From Octopus sinensis (lineage: Eukaryota), in assembly GCF_006345805.1 (NCBI RefSeq), contig NC_043024.1:14942001-15006000 (forward strand): a DNA stretch of 64,000 bases, written 5' to 3'. Shown piece after piece: positions 34,515 through 47,993 of this stretch. Numbering within the stretch: the stretch's first letter is position 1; each line of letters begins with the position of its first letter. A model generated the notes under the pieces. The model saw only the letters and a list, made by a program, of their open reading frames with translations. It made no database searches and was not told the origin of the DNA. The translations under genes and the position numbers were made by a program.

Positions 34515-36430
34515 CACACACATATCATCATCATCTGTTTTCCATGCTGGCATGGGTTGGATGGTTTGACTGGGGACTGGCAAGCCAGGAAGCTGCACCA
34601 GGCTCCAGTCTTGATCTGGCAGTGTTTCTACAGCTGAATGCCCTTCCTAACACCAACCACTCCGAGAGTGTAGTGGGTGCTTTTTACGTGCCACCAATAT
34701 GGGAGCCAGTCAGGCAGAACTGGCAATGACCCACTCATGAATGATACTTATTGCATACCACCAGCATGGGAGCCAGTCAGGCGGCACTGGCATTGGCCAC
34801 AACTACAATTTCCATTTGATTGTGATTTAATTTTGATTTTACTCGACTCAGTAGGTCTTCTCAAGCACAGCATGTTGCCCGATGATTCAAAGGTACTTTT
34901 TAAATGGGCTGGTTATGTGACACTGGTGTAGGCTACGACTGTGATCTCACTTTACTTGCTGTATCTTCTCAATCTTAGCATATCTCCAGAGGTCTCGGTC
35001 TTTCGTCATTGCCTCTGTGAGGCCCAACATTCAAAGGTCATGCTTCACCACCTCATCCCATGTCTTCCTGGGTTACCCTCTACCACGAGTTCCTTCCACT
35101 GTTAGCGAGTGACGCTTCTTCACACAGCTCTCCACATCCATCCGTAGTACATGACCATACCAGTGCAGTCATCTCTCTTGCACACCACATCTGATGCTTC
35201 TTATGCCTAACATTTCTCTCAGGGCACTTGTACTCTATAGTGTGTGCACACTGACATTACATGTCCAGCGTATCATACTAGCTTCATTTCTTTCAAGCCT
35301 ATGCATGTCTTCAGCAGTCATGGGCCATGTTTCACTGCCTTGAAGCATGGCAGTTCGCACACATGCATCATACAATCTGCGTTTCACTCTGAGCAAGAGG
35401 CCCTTTGTCACCAGTAGAGGTAGGAGCTTTCTGAACTTTGCCCAGGCTATTCTTATTCTTGTGGCAATGCTCTCTGAGCATCCACCCCCACTACAGACTT
35501 GGTCACCTTGGTAGTGGAAGCTATCAACTATTTCTAGTTTGTCCCCTTGGCATGTGATGGAATCAGTTTCCTGTGCATCTGCTGCACAAAAGCTATCTTC
35601 CCAGTTAACCTTCCTTTGATGTTGCTGCACCTCTTATGTGTCCATAGCTTACACTGGATACATCTTATGGAGTTTCTACCTACACCTTTTCTACAGATCG
35701 AGCAGGGCCACCTTTCCTGAAGGGGTTTGTGATGTGTTTGCCTTCCTACTTACTAGGACTTTGGTTTTTTGCAACATTGACTCTAAGGCCTTTCAATTCT
35801 AAACCTTGCTTCCACACCTGAAATTTCTTTAGTTCTGGTAGTGATTTCACTATGAGAGCAAGGTCATCAGCATAGAGGAGCTCCCAGGGGCAACCTGTCT
35901 TGAATTCCTCTGTTATTGCCTGGAGTACTATGATGAATAAAAGGGGGCTGAGGGCTGATCCTTGATGAACCCCCTACTTGTACTCGTAATTCTTCACTAT
36001 ACTCATTGCCAACCCTTACCTTATTAACGGTATCCTTGTACAGCTCTTATTAACCACTTACTTATCCCAAGTTTCTGCATTGCCCACTAGATAAAGGATC
36101 GGGGGACCCTGTCAAAGGCTTTCTCCAAGTCAACAAAAGCCAAGTATAGGGGTTTATATTTGGCTAGATATTTCTCCTATTACTATACCAGGAATATAGC
36201 ATCAACAGTGCTTCTACCTGGTACAAAACTCAACTGCATCTCATCTAAGCAGACTCTCTCCCTAATCAGTTGGGCTATGACCCGCTCCGTGACCTTCATC
36301 ACCTGATCCAGCAGTTTGATACCCCTGTATCACCTTACATTTGTAGTAGTTGACTTATGGTGCTGCTACACCAGTCATTGGGTATGACTCCTTCATGAAC
36401 TACCTGGTTTACAATACAGGTGACTAGGCC
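34515..36430 (-). mobile_element. 5'-truncated, degenerate RTE-clade LINE
   Basis: LAFVDLEKAFD, GVHQGS, WELLYADDL and YDACVRTAML.GSETW motifs in broken frames, followed by the 3' UTR and (GAT)n tail. Confidence 0.85.
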
Positions 36431-36976
36431 ATAACCCACACCACCAGATATTTTAAGCATCTCAGCAGTGATTCCTGATGGGCCGGGTTTAAACCAGCCA
36501 AATATGTATAGGCTTTATGAGATATGTAGACTACAATCACTTAATTATATAAAGGGGTCTCCAATAGTCCAGCTAACTCTCTCCTATATCTTATTCTCTT
36601 TCTCTTTTATTCCAGAACATCAGATGACATTGGCAGGACAGAATATTTTTACTTCAGTATCCTGGAAGATAGCATACAGAACAGATGCATAGATGAGGAA
36701 TTGCATTGAAATTTCTTTTGTAAACGAAATTTCTCAAAAGTTGCTGTTTGGCTGTTTGGAATGTGTGCACGATTTTTGGGACATGATTAAAGTTGAATGA
36801 ATTTGCAGCATCTTTAGATATCAACAAAGATCACTGCTGTTAGAAATATAGGTGTTAAAATATTTGTGATTAAACTATAAATACAACTATATATATATCT
36901 ATAGTTTTGATAGAGGAGAAATTATTTAAAAATCTATTTGAGAAAGTGAAAGGACGGAGTTTATTTTCCTCAAGAG

Positions 36977-37588
36977 ATGGCAGAAGTGACAGAGAAATCA
37001 ACAGACAGTAGTGATATCTGTGAAAAGTCATCCTCTCAAAAAGGTAACATCTTGACTCCCAGACGAACTCCCAAAGAAGCAAAGCTACATCACTGTGATG
37101 TTTGCGGTAAAATCTTTTCTCAAAGTAACTACTTGGTTACACACATACGTGTACATACAGGTGAGAAACCATATCACTGTGATGTCTGTGGTAGATCATT
37201 CTCTGAAGGAAGTCATTTGACAACTCACAAACGTACACATACAGGAGAAAAACCATATCTTTGTGATATTTGTGGCAAAACGTTCTATCAAAAATGTCAC
37301 TTAAACGAACACAAGTACTTTCATACGGGAGAGAAGCCATTTCACTGTGATATCTGTGATAAATCATTCTCTCGTAAAAGCCACTTGACTTCACATCAGA
37401 ACATTCATACAGGAGAGAAGCCATATCACTGTGATGTCTGTGGTAAATCTTTCACAGAAGGAAGTACCTTAAGTAAACATATACGTAGCCATTCAGGAAT
37501 CAAACCTTTTAAATGTGATATCTGTGGTAAATCATTCTCTCGGACAAGTATCTTAAAAAATCACAAACTCATCCATACAGGAGATTAG
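36977..37588 (+). CDS. C2H2 zinc-finger protein, 6 fingers (copy 5)
   Basis: 203-aa ORF stopping at TGD*; acceptor ttccag|aaca at 36615/36616. Confidence 0.9.
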   Translation: MAEVTEKSTDSSDICEKSSSQKGNILTPRRTPKEAKLHHCDVCGKIFSQSNYLVTHIRVHTGEKPYHCDVCGRSFSEGSHLTTHKRTHTGEKPYLCDICGKTFYQKCHLNEHKYFHTGEKPFHCDICDKSFSRKSHLTSHQNIHTGEKPYHCDVCGKSFTEGSTLSKHIRSHSGIKPFKCDICGKSFSRTSILKNHKLIHTGD

Positions 37589-39319
37589 CCATATCACTGC
37601 AACACCTGCAGTTAATCATTATCTATTGTTACTTGAATGGGCACAAGTGTATTCGATGCATCACATTCTGAAAGGAATTATCTTGAATAATCCACATATA
37701 GACTCAGAGAGAAGAGAATATCAAGAATGTAACCCCATCCATGGTAAAGTATTCTCTCAAAGCAGCCACTTAGCTACACCTGTATATATTCATACAGAAG
37801 ATTAACCATATAATGTCAAAAATCTTTCCATAAATCTCATGTTATATAACCATCGGTGTATTTGTTTGACAAAGAAGATATAGCAATCTTCGGACACTTT
37901 GTATAACCATATCTATGTCCACTTTAATGCAATAAATTATAACTGATATTTTTAATAAATCATTCTTTCAGAATATTCATATATATTCCTTTCTAATGTA
38001 TAGTCTGTGTGGTTGTGAAGCTTGCTTGCTAACCATGTGGTCTCAAGTTCAGTCCCATTGTACAGTACAAGTGATTTTTTTGTTTTCTGGCCTCAGCCTG
38101 ACCAAAGCCTTGTGAGTGGATTTGGTAGACGGAAACTGGAAGAATCTCATCATATATATCTGTGTGTGTTTTCATGTACCCTTGTCTCGATATTGCCCTC
38201 ACAGTTATTTCCAAATGTGTAGCCATGAGGAATTATTACCTTACTTGGGAATGACAACAAGAAAGGCATACTGCTGTAGAAAATCTTCATCAAAACTCCA
38301 TCTGATGCATGCAAAGTATAGAAAAATGGATGTTAAAATGATGAACAAACATGATTCCATGTAATATATTTTCAGAAGGGAAATTTTATTGCAGATAAAA
38401 AGCTGAGAAATGTATTGCCATTGAAAATGAGAACATCACTTTTTAACATTTCAAACAATTGTACAAATCACGAAAGAAAATATTTCATCATCAAATAAGA
38501 TATACATCTGTTATCTAATTGAGGTTCCCCTCCGTCTTATTTCTTGCATGTAACTCAAATCTACTTGCCTTCATTCTATCCTCCCAGTACACATCAGAAA
38601 CAAGTTAAAAAGGTATAATTTCGTCTGGGTGGATTTTAATGATGTGTTGATGATATGCTGTTGGCAGAAAAAAATGGTATATGAAGTGATTGTGATAGTT
38701 GATGTGAGACAGAATAATCAAGCTTAGACTGATCTTGATTAATTTGATGACAATATCTCTGCTTGTACCCTGCAGTCTTGAGTGGCAGATGAACAGGGGC
38801 ACCAATTTATCAAGGCCCTCTTGTAGATTTCCTTACAGTAATTATCTTAAATTTTAAACAATAATATTTATTCCTAACAATCTGTATATATAAAGATGAG
38901 AATGTCTGTGTGAATCCCTAAAACTCGAGAACTATACAACCGATTTCATTCAAATTTTACACATGCCTTACTTAGGGTCCATGCAGTGCCAGGGTCCAAT
39001 AAAATGCCAGACTGGCGCGGTCTCTTATATCTTCCACTATTTCAGTATTACGTGTCAAAAATGAAACAATAACATCTCTCTTGATTAATTGACGACAATA
39101 TCTCTGCTTGTACCCTGCAGTCTTGAGTGGCAGATGAACAGGGCCACCAATTTATCAAGGCCCTCTTGTAGATTTCCTTGATTTTACATGACAATTACTT
39201 GATGGCTGATTACCTCAATGGACAAATCAGGCAGCATCTCCGGAATGGGGAGGGAACAATGCTGCTGGAGCTCTGTAGTGCTAATGACTTGATAATCTGC
39301 AACACTTGAAGAACCGTTG

Positions 39320-39600
39320 GCACACAATCATCATCATCATTGTTCAACCGTGGTCGAGACAATGGGATTTACCATGCTACGCCAGACTTCACGGTCCATC
39401 ATGGCATTACGGAGGTCCTGTTGCTGGATGCCTGTATCCCTGGAGATTACATCAGGGTAGGAGAGTGTGTGCCCTCTTGTATTGCGAGTAGATGGCTTCC
39501 AGAGGAGAAGAGCAGAAATTACCTCTTTTTCAGCTCTACAACAATGTCCAGCAAACTGGACTCTCTTACCTTTCACAAGAGATGACACAGGTCATCTCTT
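39320..39600 (-). mobile_element. LINE 3' end relic
   Basis: QFAGHCCR..LLWKP..RG..YPDVISRDTG..AMMDREVWR typical of RTE-like C-termini; (TGA)n tail. Confidence 0.65.
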
Positions 39601-40841
39601 GGCACACAAGAGAAAATCCTTAGCAGCATTCCACCTGTCTCATGTTCTCAGTTCAAATTCTGCTGAGGTCAACTTTGCCCTTCAACCTTTCAGGGTTGAT
39701 AAAATACAGTCAAGTGCTGAGTCTATGTGATCAATTCCTTCTCTCCAAAACTGCTGGCCCTGTGCCAAAATCTAAAACCATTATTAAGTCCTCGACCTCT
39801 ACAATGAAATTATTTCATGATATATTATTTTAATTACTTAATTATTTTTCTATTACCTTTTAATTAATATTTAATTTGATTATTTTTTTTAGATCTTAGG
39901 TCATCTTAACCATATTGTAATTATCTTATTTTTTTAAACAGCAATATTTATTCTTCTAAGAATAACAATCTTATATAAATGGAATATATTCCTTAGTAAA
40001 TAATTTACTGATTATTTTCTTTAGGATTCTCATTAATTAAATTTATTTTCCACTCAAAGCCTATATTTAGAGTTAATACGGATCAATCACCATTCTATAA
40101 TGACTTAAACAATATATCTTATGAACAGCTTTAAATGTATTTTCCTTCTCTGTACATTTGTTGAAGACAATAACAGTTTAACAACTGCAGGAATTTTTAC
40201 CATGTCATCTTTCACGACTTTCTCAACCTTACAATCCCTAAATCTGCTGGCACACAAACCCTTGTTTTGGCCAAAAGTTGTTAAGTTTACTGCTGCCCGT
40301 ATCCCTTACTTATTCTCTGCTCTCTATTCTTAGCAGTGTAGCGAAGCTTTGAGAAGTGTTTGTTGATGTTAATTTCATGATCTCTGTAGAACCAAGTCAA
40401 ATAAATATGGATCAATTAATATGCAAGATTAATAAATCTAGGAATTATGTAAAACCAATGTATCCAAATTGTACCTAAGCTGATTAAAAACGGATTATTC
40501 TGCATTTTTTTGTGTTTATGCACACACACTCACAAACCTGCATATATATATATATCTGTAAAATAATATGTGACAATTATTTGGTAGCCAAGATAAAACT
40601 TTGAGTTTTGTATGCCGAGGTGGAAATCCACACCGCCATCTCTTCGGTTATCTGGCCATCTGAAAAACGCTATGAAAAAAATATACTGTTATATAAAGGG
40701 AAATTACTGTGTTATAGACTGCTACTTATACAAAAGCACTAATTCGGATGACCGCTAATTAAGATAAGGTTAAAAGTTCATAGTAAACATGTAAGCATGC
40801 CCGTTCATACGTTTTTACCAATACGTATATATATATATATA

Positions 40842-41287
40842 TTGGCCTGCTCGTTTAGCCAGCGGGGTGGCGTCATTCGAAGGCTAAAACAATGCGAACG
40901 CATTGTGACCAGCAATGTGTAACTACATCTGATGGACTGGTCGGTCACGTGATCACGTTATATACACATATATATATATATATACATATATATATCACGT
41001 GATCACGTGACTGACCAGACCATCAGATGTTGCTACACATCGCTGGTCACAATGTGTTCGCATTGTTTTAGTCTTCGAATGACACCACCCCGCTGGCTAA
41101 GCAAGCAGGCCAACAGAAGAAAGAGTGGTGAAAAAGTACAGCAGGGATCACCATCCCCTGCCGGAGCATCGTGGGGCTTTTTTAGGTGTTTTCACTCAAT
41201 AAACACACAACGCCCGGTCTGGGAATCGAAACCACGATCCTACGACCACGAGTCTGCTGCCCTAATCACTGGGCCATTGCGCCTCCA
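40842..41287. mobile_element. Tail-to-tail SINE family C pair forming an inverted repeat around (TA)n
   Basis: 40842-40958 vs 40997-41113 are reverse complements; the minus copy continues to its tRNA-like head at 41287. Confidence 0.8.
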
Positions 41288-42162
41288 CACATATATATAC
41301 ATACATATATATACATATATATATACATACATATATATATATACATATTATATGACGGAACGCACGCATCCATTTCTAAGTAAGATTGTTCTACATACAT
41401 ATATATATATATTTCGGAATGGTCACTTTGCCAGTTTAGCCAATATATATATATATATATATATGCATATATATATACATATATATACATCCTACTAAGT
41501 GACATTAGATTGTGAAACAGTCAAAAGCACTCACAACATTTCTGAATGTGGATAGCTTAATGCTATTGGGATTAGGGGTTAAAGTGAGAGAAGGACCCAG
41601 AACAAAATGTTGCTAGCTGTGGAGGAGTTTCATGACTATTTGCATTACAGATGAGGGTGGGAGTGGCTAGGGTAAAGCTGGGATAGAAATAATGGTGGTG
41701 AAGCATCAGGGTGGGTCCTTGAGGTACAGTGGGCGAGAACAGAATGTGTGGGTGGGTAAGAATTGCAAGATTGTATGGGGGTGGTCAGTGAGAAAATCCT
41801 TTATCTTTTACATGCTTCAGTCATTAGACTGCTGCCATGCTGGAGCACCGTCTTGAAAAATTTTTAGTCAAATGTATCAACCCCTGTACTTATTTTTTGA
41901 AAGCCTGGTCCTTATTGTATCGGTCTCTTTTTTTGCCGAACTGCTAAGTTACAGGGATGTAAACACACCAACATGAGTTGTCAACCTGTGAGATTTCCCT
42001 CTTGTATACTGCACTTGATTCAACTTATGTCCGATATTTCTCTCAATCCACCAACACTTTGTCATCCAAAAGAGCAAATTAGCTTTGAGTCTAAGACATT
42101 TATCCCCCATGGATGATGATTTAAAACTTCTTAATATATTGGAGTGGTGGTAATTAACCAAG

Positions 42163-42623
42163 GGTGGCGAGCTGGCAGAAACGTTAGCATGCCGGGCAAA
42201 ATGCTTAGCAGTATTTCGTCTGCCACTACGTTCTGAGTTCAAATTCCACCGAGGTCGACTTTACCTTTCATCCTTTCGGGGTCGATAGGACATTCGAGGA
42301 AACCCATTTCTTGTCTGTCCTTAGTGTCTATTGCTCCTGCACATCTTCCAAAATAATCACTACTTTCTTCATTGGCCTTCCTGCTTATACCTATTTCTTT
42401 ACTACCCACAAGGGGCTAAACACAGAAGGGACAAACAAGGACAGACAGACGGATTGAGTCGATTACATCGACCCTAGTGTGTAACTGGTATTTATTTAAT
42501 CGACCCCGAAAGGATGAAAGGCAAAGTTGACCTCGGTGGAATTTGAACTCGGAACGTAGCGGCAGACGAAATACCGCTAGGCATTTTGCCCGGCATGCTA
42601 ACGTTTCTGCCAGCTCGCCGCCT
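42163..42623. mobile_element. Convergent SINE family B pair
   Basis: 42163-42287 (plus) and 42392-42623 (minus). Confidence 0.8.
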
Positions 42624-43106
42624 TCTTTGCGTGGAGCCTGGGTGTTTTGGCTCATAAACACACACATCGCCCAGTCTGAGATTCGAACCCATGATCCCTC
42701 GACCGCGAGTCCGCTGCTCTAACCACACGGCCATGTGCCTCCACCAGCCTTCCTACATACTTAGCAGGGCCATTTACCTGAAGGGCATAGAGTCCTTTCT
42801 GTTTTTCAGCTTACTAAAACTTTGGTCTTTGCTAAGTTCTCTTTAAAGTTTTGCTTCTGCCCAGAATGTCTTCTAATTTTGTTACAGATTCTGCTAGGAG
42901 AGCAAGTTCATCATCATCATCATATAGTAGTTCCCAAGGGCAGCTTGTTTTACATTCCTGTTACAACCTGGAGGATGATGAATAGGATGGGACTGAGAAC
43001 CGAGTCCTGGTGAACTATATCAGTACTCTAAATACACTGCTGAACTCCTGACAGAACTCTTACCTTACTGACAGTACCCCTGTACATGGTTTGTATGGCT
43101 TCAGAA

Positions 43107-43498
43107 ATGTTAGCACACCGGGCGAAATGCTTAGCGGTATTTCATCTGCCACTACGTTCTGAGTTCAAATTCCGCCGAGGTCGACTTTACCTTTCATTCT
43201 TTTGAGTTCGATAAATTAAGTACCAGTTACACACTGGGGTCGATATAATCGACTTAATCCATTTGTCTGTCCTTGTTTGTCCTCTCTGTGTTTAGCCCCT
43301 TGTGGGTAGTAAAGAAATAGGTATTTCGTCTGCTGCTACATTCTGAGTTCAAATTCTGTCGAGGTCAACTTTGTCTTTCATTCTTTTGGGGTCGATAAAT
43401 TAAGTATGCACTGGGGTCGATGTAATCAACTTAATCCCTTTGTCTGTCCTTGTTTGTCCCCTCTGTGTGTAGCCCCTTGTGGGCAGTAAAGAAATAAG
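43107..43498 (+). mobile_element. Two tandem SINE family B copies
   Basis: 43107-43320 and 43321-43498. Confidence 0.8.
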
Positions 43499-43499
43499 A

Positions 43500-44060
43500 A
43501 ACCATTCCTCTGTCTTCAGCTTCCTCAGAGACCACCATATGACAGAGCGAAAGACTCTGTCAAAGACTTTCTCCAGGTCAATGGATGCCAAGCACAACAG
43601 TTCACTCTTAGCTAGCCTCTTGTGCAGTTGTGTAAGCTAGTGTCAGTAGTACTTTTCTCTGGCGCAGAACCAAACTGCATCTCGTCCAGTCTAATCCAAT
43701 TCCTAATTAATTGGGCTATAATATTCTCCGTAACTTTCATGATCTGGTCCAGCAATTCAATACATCATCATCACTTAACGTCTGCCTTCCATGCTGGCAT
43801 GGGTCTCTATAATTATTTTTAAGGCATCATATTTATCATCGAAACAGCTGACTATAATGCCACTACATCAGTCATTGGGTATGACACCTTCCCGCATAGC
43901 CTGATTAACTACGAGTGACTACACTGTATCCTGTTCTGCCAGATACTTTAAGCATCTTGGTACCAATTCCTGATGGACCAGGGGCCTTCCCTGTCTTCAT
44001 ATCCTTAAATGCCTTGTCTGTCATATTGCTGTTAACTAGGATACTGGTCCCTGTTGAGGA
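43500..44060 (-). mobile_element. RTE RT fragment
   Basis: LASIDLEKVFD..VIWWSLRKL on the minus strand; related pieces at ~42800-43100. Confidence 0.65.
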
Positions 44061-44104
44061 GACTCTTCATGCATGCATACATACATACACAACAGGCTTC
44101 TTTC

Positions 44105-44328
44105 AGTTTCTTATTTCTTTATTGTCCACAAGGGGCTAAACAAGGACAGACAAAGGGATAAAGATGAGAACATCGATCCCAGTGTGTAACTGGTACTTAA
44201 TTTATCGACCTCGAAAGGATGAAAGGCAAAGCCAACCTCGGCGGAATTTGAACTCAGAACGTAACGGCAGATGAAATACCACTAAGCATTTCGCCCGATG
44301 TGCTAACGTTTCTGCCAGCTTGCCACCT
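44105..44328 (-). mobile_element. SINE family B
   Basis: Reverse-complement match. Confidence 0.75.
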
Positions 44329-44764
44329 TTCAGTTTCTGCCCACCAAATCTACCCACAACGTTCTGGTTGGTCCAGGTCCATAGAAACAAACACTTGCCC
44401 AAGGTGTCATAATGAGACTGAATCCCAAACTATGAGGTTGGGAAGCACACATTTTAGCCTCCCAACCATGCCCATACCTATTGTATATAAATAAATATTC
44501 AGAACATATGTGAATATTTTGAAAGAATGCTTTTATTGAAAAGATCACTGTAGCAAATAATTTCAACACTTTACACACAGTTGTGGTTACATAAATTACT
44601 TGAAGATTACTACCACACAGTTACATCTTTTGTCCTGTGGCAGGTACATGTATATGTAATTGACTTTTTTGAGAGAAAGATTCATCACAGATATTAGAGC
44701 TAGTGGTGCTTTTGTGGAAGGTTAAGTGACCTGCCTAAGAAAATGATTTGAGCCGCTCTCCGGC

Positions 44765-45393
44765 TATCTATCTGTGGCTTTATATAGCTATGGTAAGACC
44801 TCACCTGGAATTTGCATCGCCGGTCTGGAACCCCTATCTTGCCCAGGATATCAATCATCTGGAAGCCGTTCAGCAATGTGCAACCAAAAGAATACCCTCC
44901 ATCAGGCATCTGCCATATTCTGAACGCCTTACTTCCCTGGGCATGGATACATTGAAACTCTGATGTCTGGCAGCTGACTTGGCAGACACCCATAAAATTA
45001 TCAACCAGCTTACAAACAATAACTCTGAGCACCTTTTCAAACTCCACCCGTCTAACACCCGTGGACATATTTACAAAGTCAGAAAACAGCACAGCTCCCA
45101 TGACTTTCGGAAACATTTTTTCACGCTAAGAGTTGCTGAAGCATGGAACAAACTGCCGGCATCAGTTGTTAGTTGTCAGAGCACTGCATCTTCAAAACTT
45201 CCATGCTTCCTGAGATTCGCCAACACTACACCTGATTTTCTCCCCTCCATACACACACAAGCATGTATCTGACTCATACACTGTTCACTTCCCAGACATT
45301 TGTACATTACTGCATGTACTTTATATGCACTTTTGACAAGTTGTGGTGCACCTGAGCACTGTATACAATAATTTCATTATTATTATTATTATT
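44765..45393 (+). mobile_element. CR1/L2-type LINE 3' fragment inserted in decayed ZNF tail
   Basis: YIAMVRPHLEFASPVWNPY..TRGH..FFTLRVAEAWNKLP and (ATT)n tail. Confidence 0.8.
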
Positions 45394-45553
45394 TTATATG
45401 GTTTCTCTCCTGTATGAATATACGTGTCTAGATATTTTACTTTCTACATAGAATGATTTCTCATAGATATCACAAGGACATGATTTTACTCTCGTATGAA
45501 TATATTTGTGCATAGTTAAGCTGTCTGTGTGAGAGAATGATTTCTTACAGATA

Positions 45554-46933
45554 TCACAGTGGAATGGCTTTTCCTCTGTGAATTCGCTTATGTTTGGTTA
45601 AGCTACCCATAACAGCGAACGACTTGCCACAAATATCACAGCAATGTTGTTTCTCTCCTGTATGAATGAATTGATGTTGAGTTAAGGTACTTGTATGAGA
45701 GAATGATTTACCACAGATATCACAGCGATATGGTTTCTCTCCTGTATGAATACGATTGTGTTGGGTTACATTACCTTTATAAGAGAATGATTTACCACAG
45801 ATATCGCAGTGGTATGGTTTCTCTCCTGTATGAATATACTTGTGTACAGTTAAGTAACATTGTCGAAAGAATGACTTGCCACAGATATCACAGCGATATG
45901 GCTTGTCTCCTGTATGAATGCATTTGTGTTGAGCTAAGCTACCTACTTGAGCAAATGATTTACCACAGATATCACAGTGAAATGGCTTCTCTCCCGTATG
46001 AATCCTTTTGTGGTTAGTTAAGCTAGTCATTTGAGAGAATGACACACCACAAATATCACAGGGATATGGCTTTTCTCCTGTATGAATAATTTTGTGTTTA
46101 TTTAAGCTGCTTGTATGAGAGAAGGATTTACCACAGATATTACAGATGTATGGCTTTTCTCCTGTATGAGTAAACTTGTGCCTAGTTAAGTAACGTTTTA
46201 AAGAAAACGATTTATTACAGATATCACAGTGATACGGTTTGTTGCCTGTGTGAAGATATTTGTGTGTAGTTAAGTGGTTTATTTGAGAGAATGATTTACC
46301 ACAGATGTCACAGACACCAGAATTTCCCTCAGTATGAACCTGTTTGTGATTAGTCAAGTGATTCTTAAGAGAGAAGGATTTGCCACAGATACTGCACTGA
46401 TATGGTTTTTCTCCCGTATGAATAAACTTATGTGTATGTAGAACAGCTTTTTGAGAAAATGATTGACCACAGATATCACAGTGATATGGTTTCTTTCCGG
46501 TATGAATATACTTGTGTGCAGTTAAATGGTTTCTTTGAGAAAAAGATTTATCACAGACATCACAGTGATATGGTTTCTCTCCTGTATGAATACGTTTATG
46601 CTTAGTTACAGCACTTCCTTCAGAGAATGATTTTCCACAGATATCACAGTGATATGGCTTGTCTCCTGTATGAGTACGTTTGTGACTAGTTAAGCTACTT
46701 GTACAAGAAAACGATCTACCACAGATATCACACTGATATGGCTTTTCTCCTGTATGAATGCGTATATGTTTAGTTAGGTGATCGTTTTTTGAAAATGATT
46801 TACCGCAGATACCACAATAATATGGTTTTTCTCCTGTATGAATTCGCTGGTGTTCAGTAAGACCATGTTTTTGGGAGAATGACTTTTTACAGACATTGCA
46901 GTTATACGAAGATTTTCCTACCAATCTTGACAT
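45554..46933 (-). CDS. C2H2 zinc-finger protein with 16 tandem fingers
   Basis: 459-aa ORF; same type of acceptor (tttcag|aacatcggatgac) with exon starting at 47354. Confidence 0.92.
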   Translation of the reverse strand: MSRLVGKSSYNCNVCKKSFSQKHGLTEHQRIHTGEKPYYCGICGKSFSKNDHLTKHIRIHTGEKPYQCDICGRSFSCTSSLTSHKRTHTGDKPYHCDICGKSFSEGSAVTKHKRIHTGEKPYHCDVCDKSFSQRNHLTAHKYIHTGKKPYHCDICGQSFSQKAVLHTHKFIHTGEKPYQCSICGKSFSLKNHLTNHKQVHTEGNSGVCDICGKSFSQINHLTTHKYLHTGNKPYHCDICNKSFSLKRYLTRHKFTHTGEKPYICNICGKSFSHTSSLNKHKIIHTGEKPYPCDICGVSFSQMTSLTNHKRIHTGEKPFHCDICGKSFAQVGSLAQHKCIHTGDKPYRCDICGKSFFRQCYLTVHKYIHTGEKPYHCDICGKSFSYKGNVTQHNRIHTGEKPYRCDICGKSFSHTSTLTQHQFIHTGEKQHCCDICGKSFAVMGSLTKHKRIHRGKAIPL

Positions 46934-47533
46934 TACTTCAGGAGAAAAAAAAAAAAAATTCAGTCCTTTATTTTCTTACAAATTTTAGTTTCATGTAATT
47001 TTTCTCCATTCACCACATAAGACGGATATTTGTCTTATTTGTAGATTTTAGTCATAACAAAATTTTTCTTTGTTGCATTTCTTTCAATTGTAAAATCTGT
47101 TGCTATCTGAAGATGCTGTGAACTCCTATGTGTAAATTTGTCCAAGCTTAGTTAAAATTCAGAATCATCTTGAACACATTCCACACAGTGAAGCTGAGAA
47201 ATTTCTCTAGTAATCCTTGTTCAGAAGAAATATTTCACAATAATTCACCATAGATTCATATAAAGAGGGTTATATCTGTTCTGTTGAATATTTCCCCTTA
47301 ATAGTGAAATGTTGAAAGTGTCAATACATCTGAAGTTCAATGTCATCCGATGTTCTGAAATGATAGAGAAACAGAATAAGACATGGAGGATAATTAAGAA
47401 GATGAGACTGGATTGTGGGAATTTTACTATATTTCAATATTGAAACACTGTAGAGATGTAAACTTGCACCTGAACAAATGAATGTGGTTAAGATATATTC
47501 CCATTTCTCTGATTTAAAGATGTGTGTGTAGAG

Positions 47534-47993
47534 CAGTGGTTTTCAACCAGGGTTCTGCGGAACCTTAGGGTTCCACCAGTACAGTCCAGGGGTTCCGCAA
47601 GAAGTTACAAAACTGCTAAAATCGGCAGTAATTTTTAATTCTCCTGTGCAGATCATCATCATCATCATCGTTTAACGTCCGTTCTCCATGCTAGCATGGG
47701 TTGGACAGTTCGACCGGGGATCTGGGAAGCCAGAAGGCTGCACCAGGCTCCAGTCTTATCTGGCAATGTTTCTACAGCTGGATGCCCTTCCTAACGCCAA
47801 CCACTCCGTGAGTGTAGTGGGTGCTTTTTACGTGCCACCTGCACAGGTGCCAGGCGAGTCTGGCAACGGCCACGGTCGGATTGGTGCATTTTACGTGCCA
47901 GCATAAGACTATTAAATTATTGCACAGGGGTTCCTCGAGCCAGTGGAATGTTTCCTTGGGGTTCCGCTCCAGCAAAACGTTTGAAAAGCACTG
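47534..47993. mobile_element. hAT-type MITE (same family as 24209-24409) with nested RTE 3' fragment
   Basis: TSD GTGTAGAG at 47526-47533 and 47994-48001; RTE tail inserted at ~47653-47901. Confidence 0.9.
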
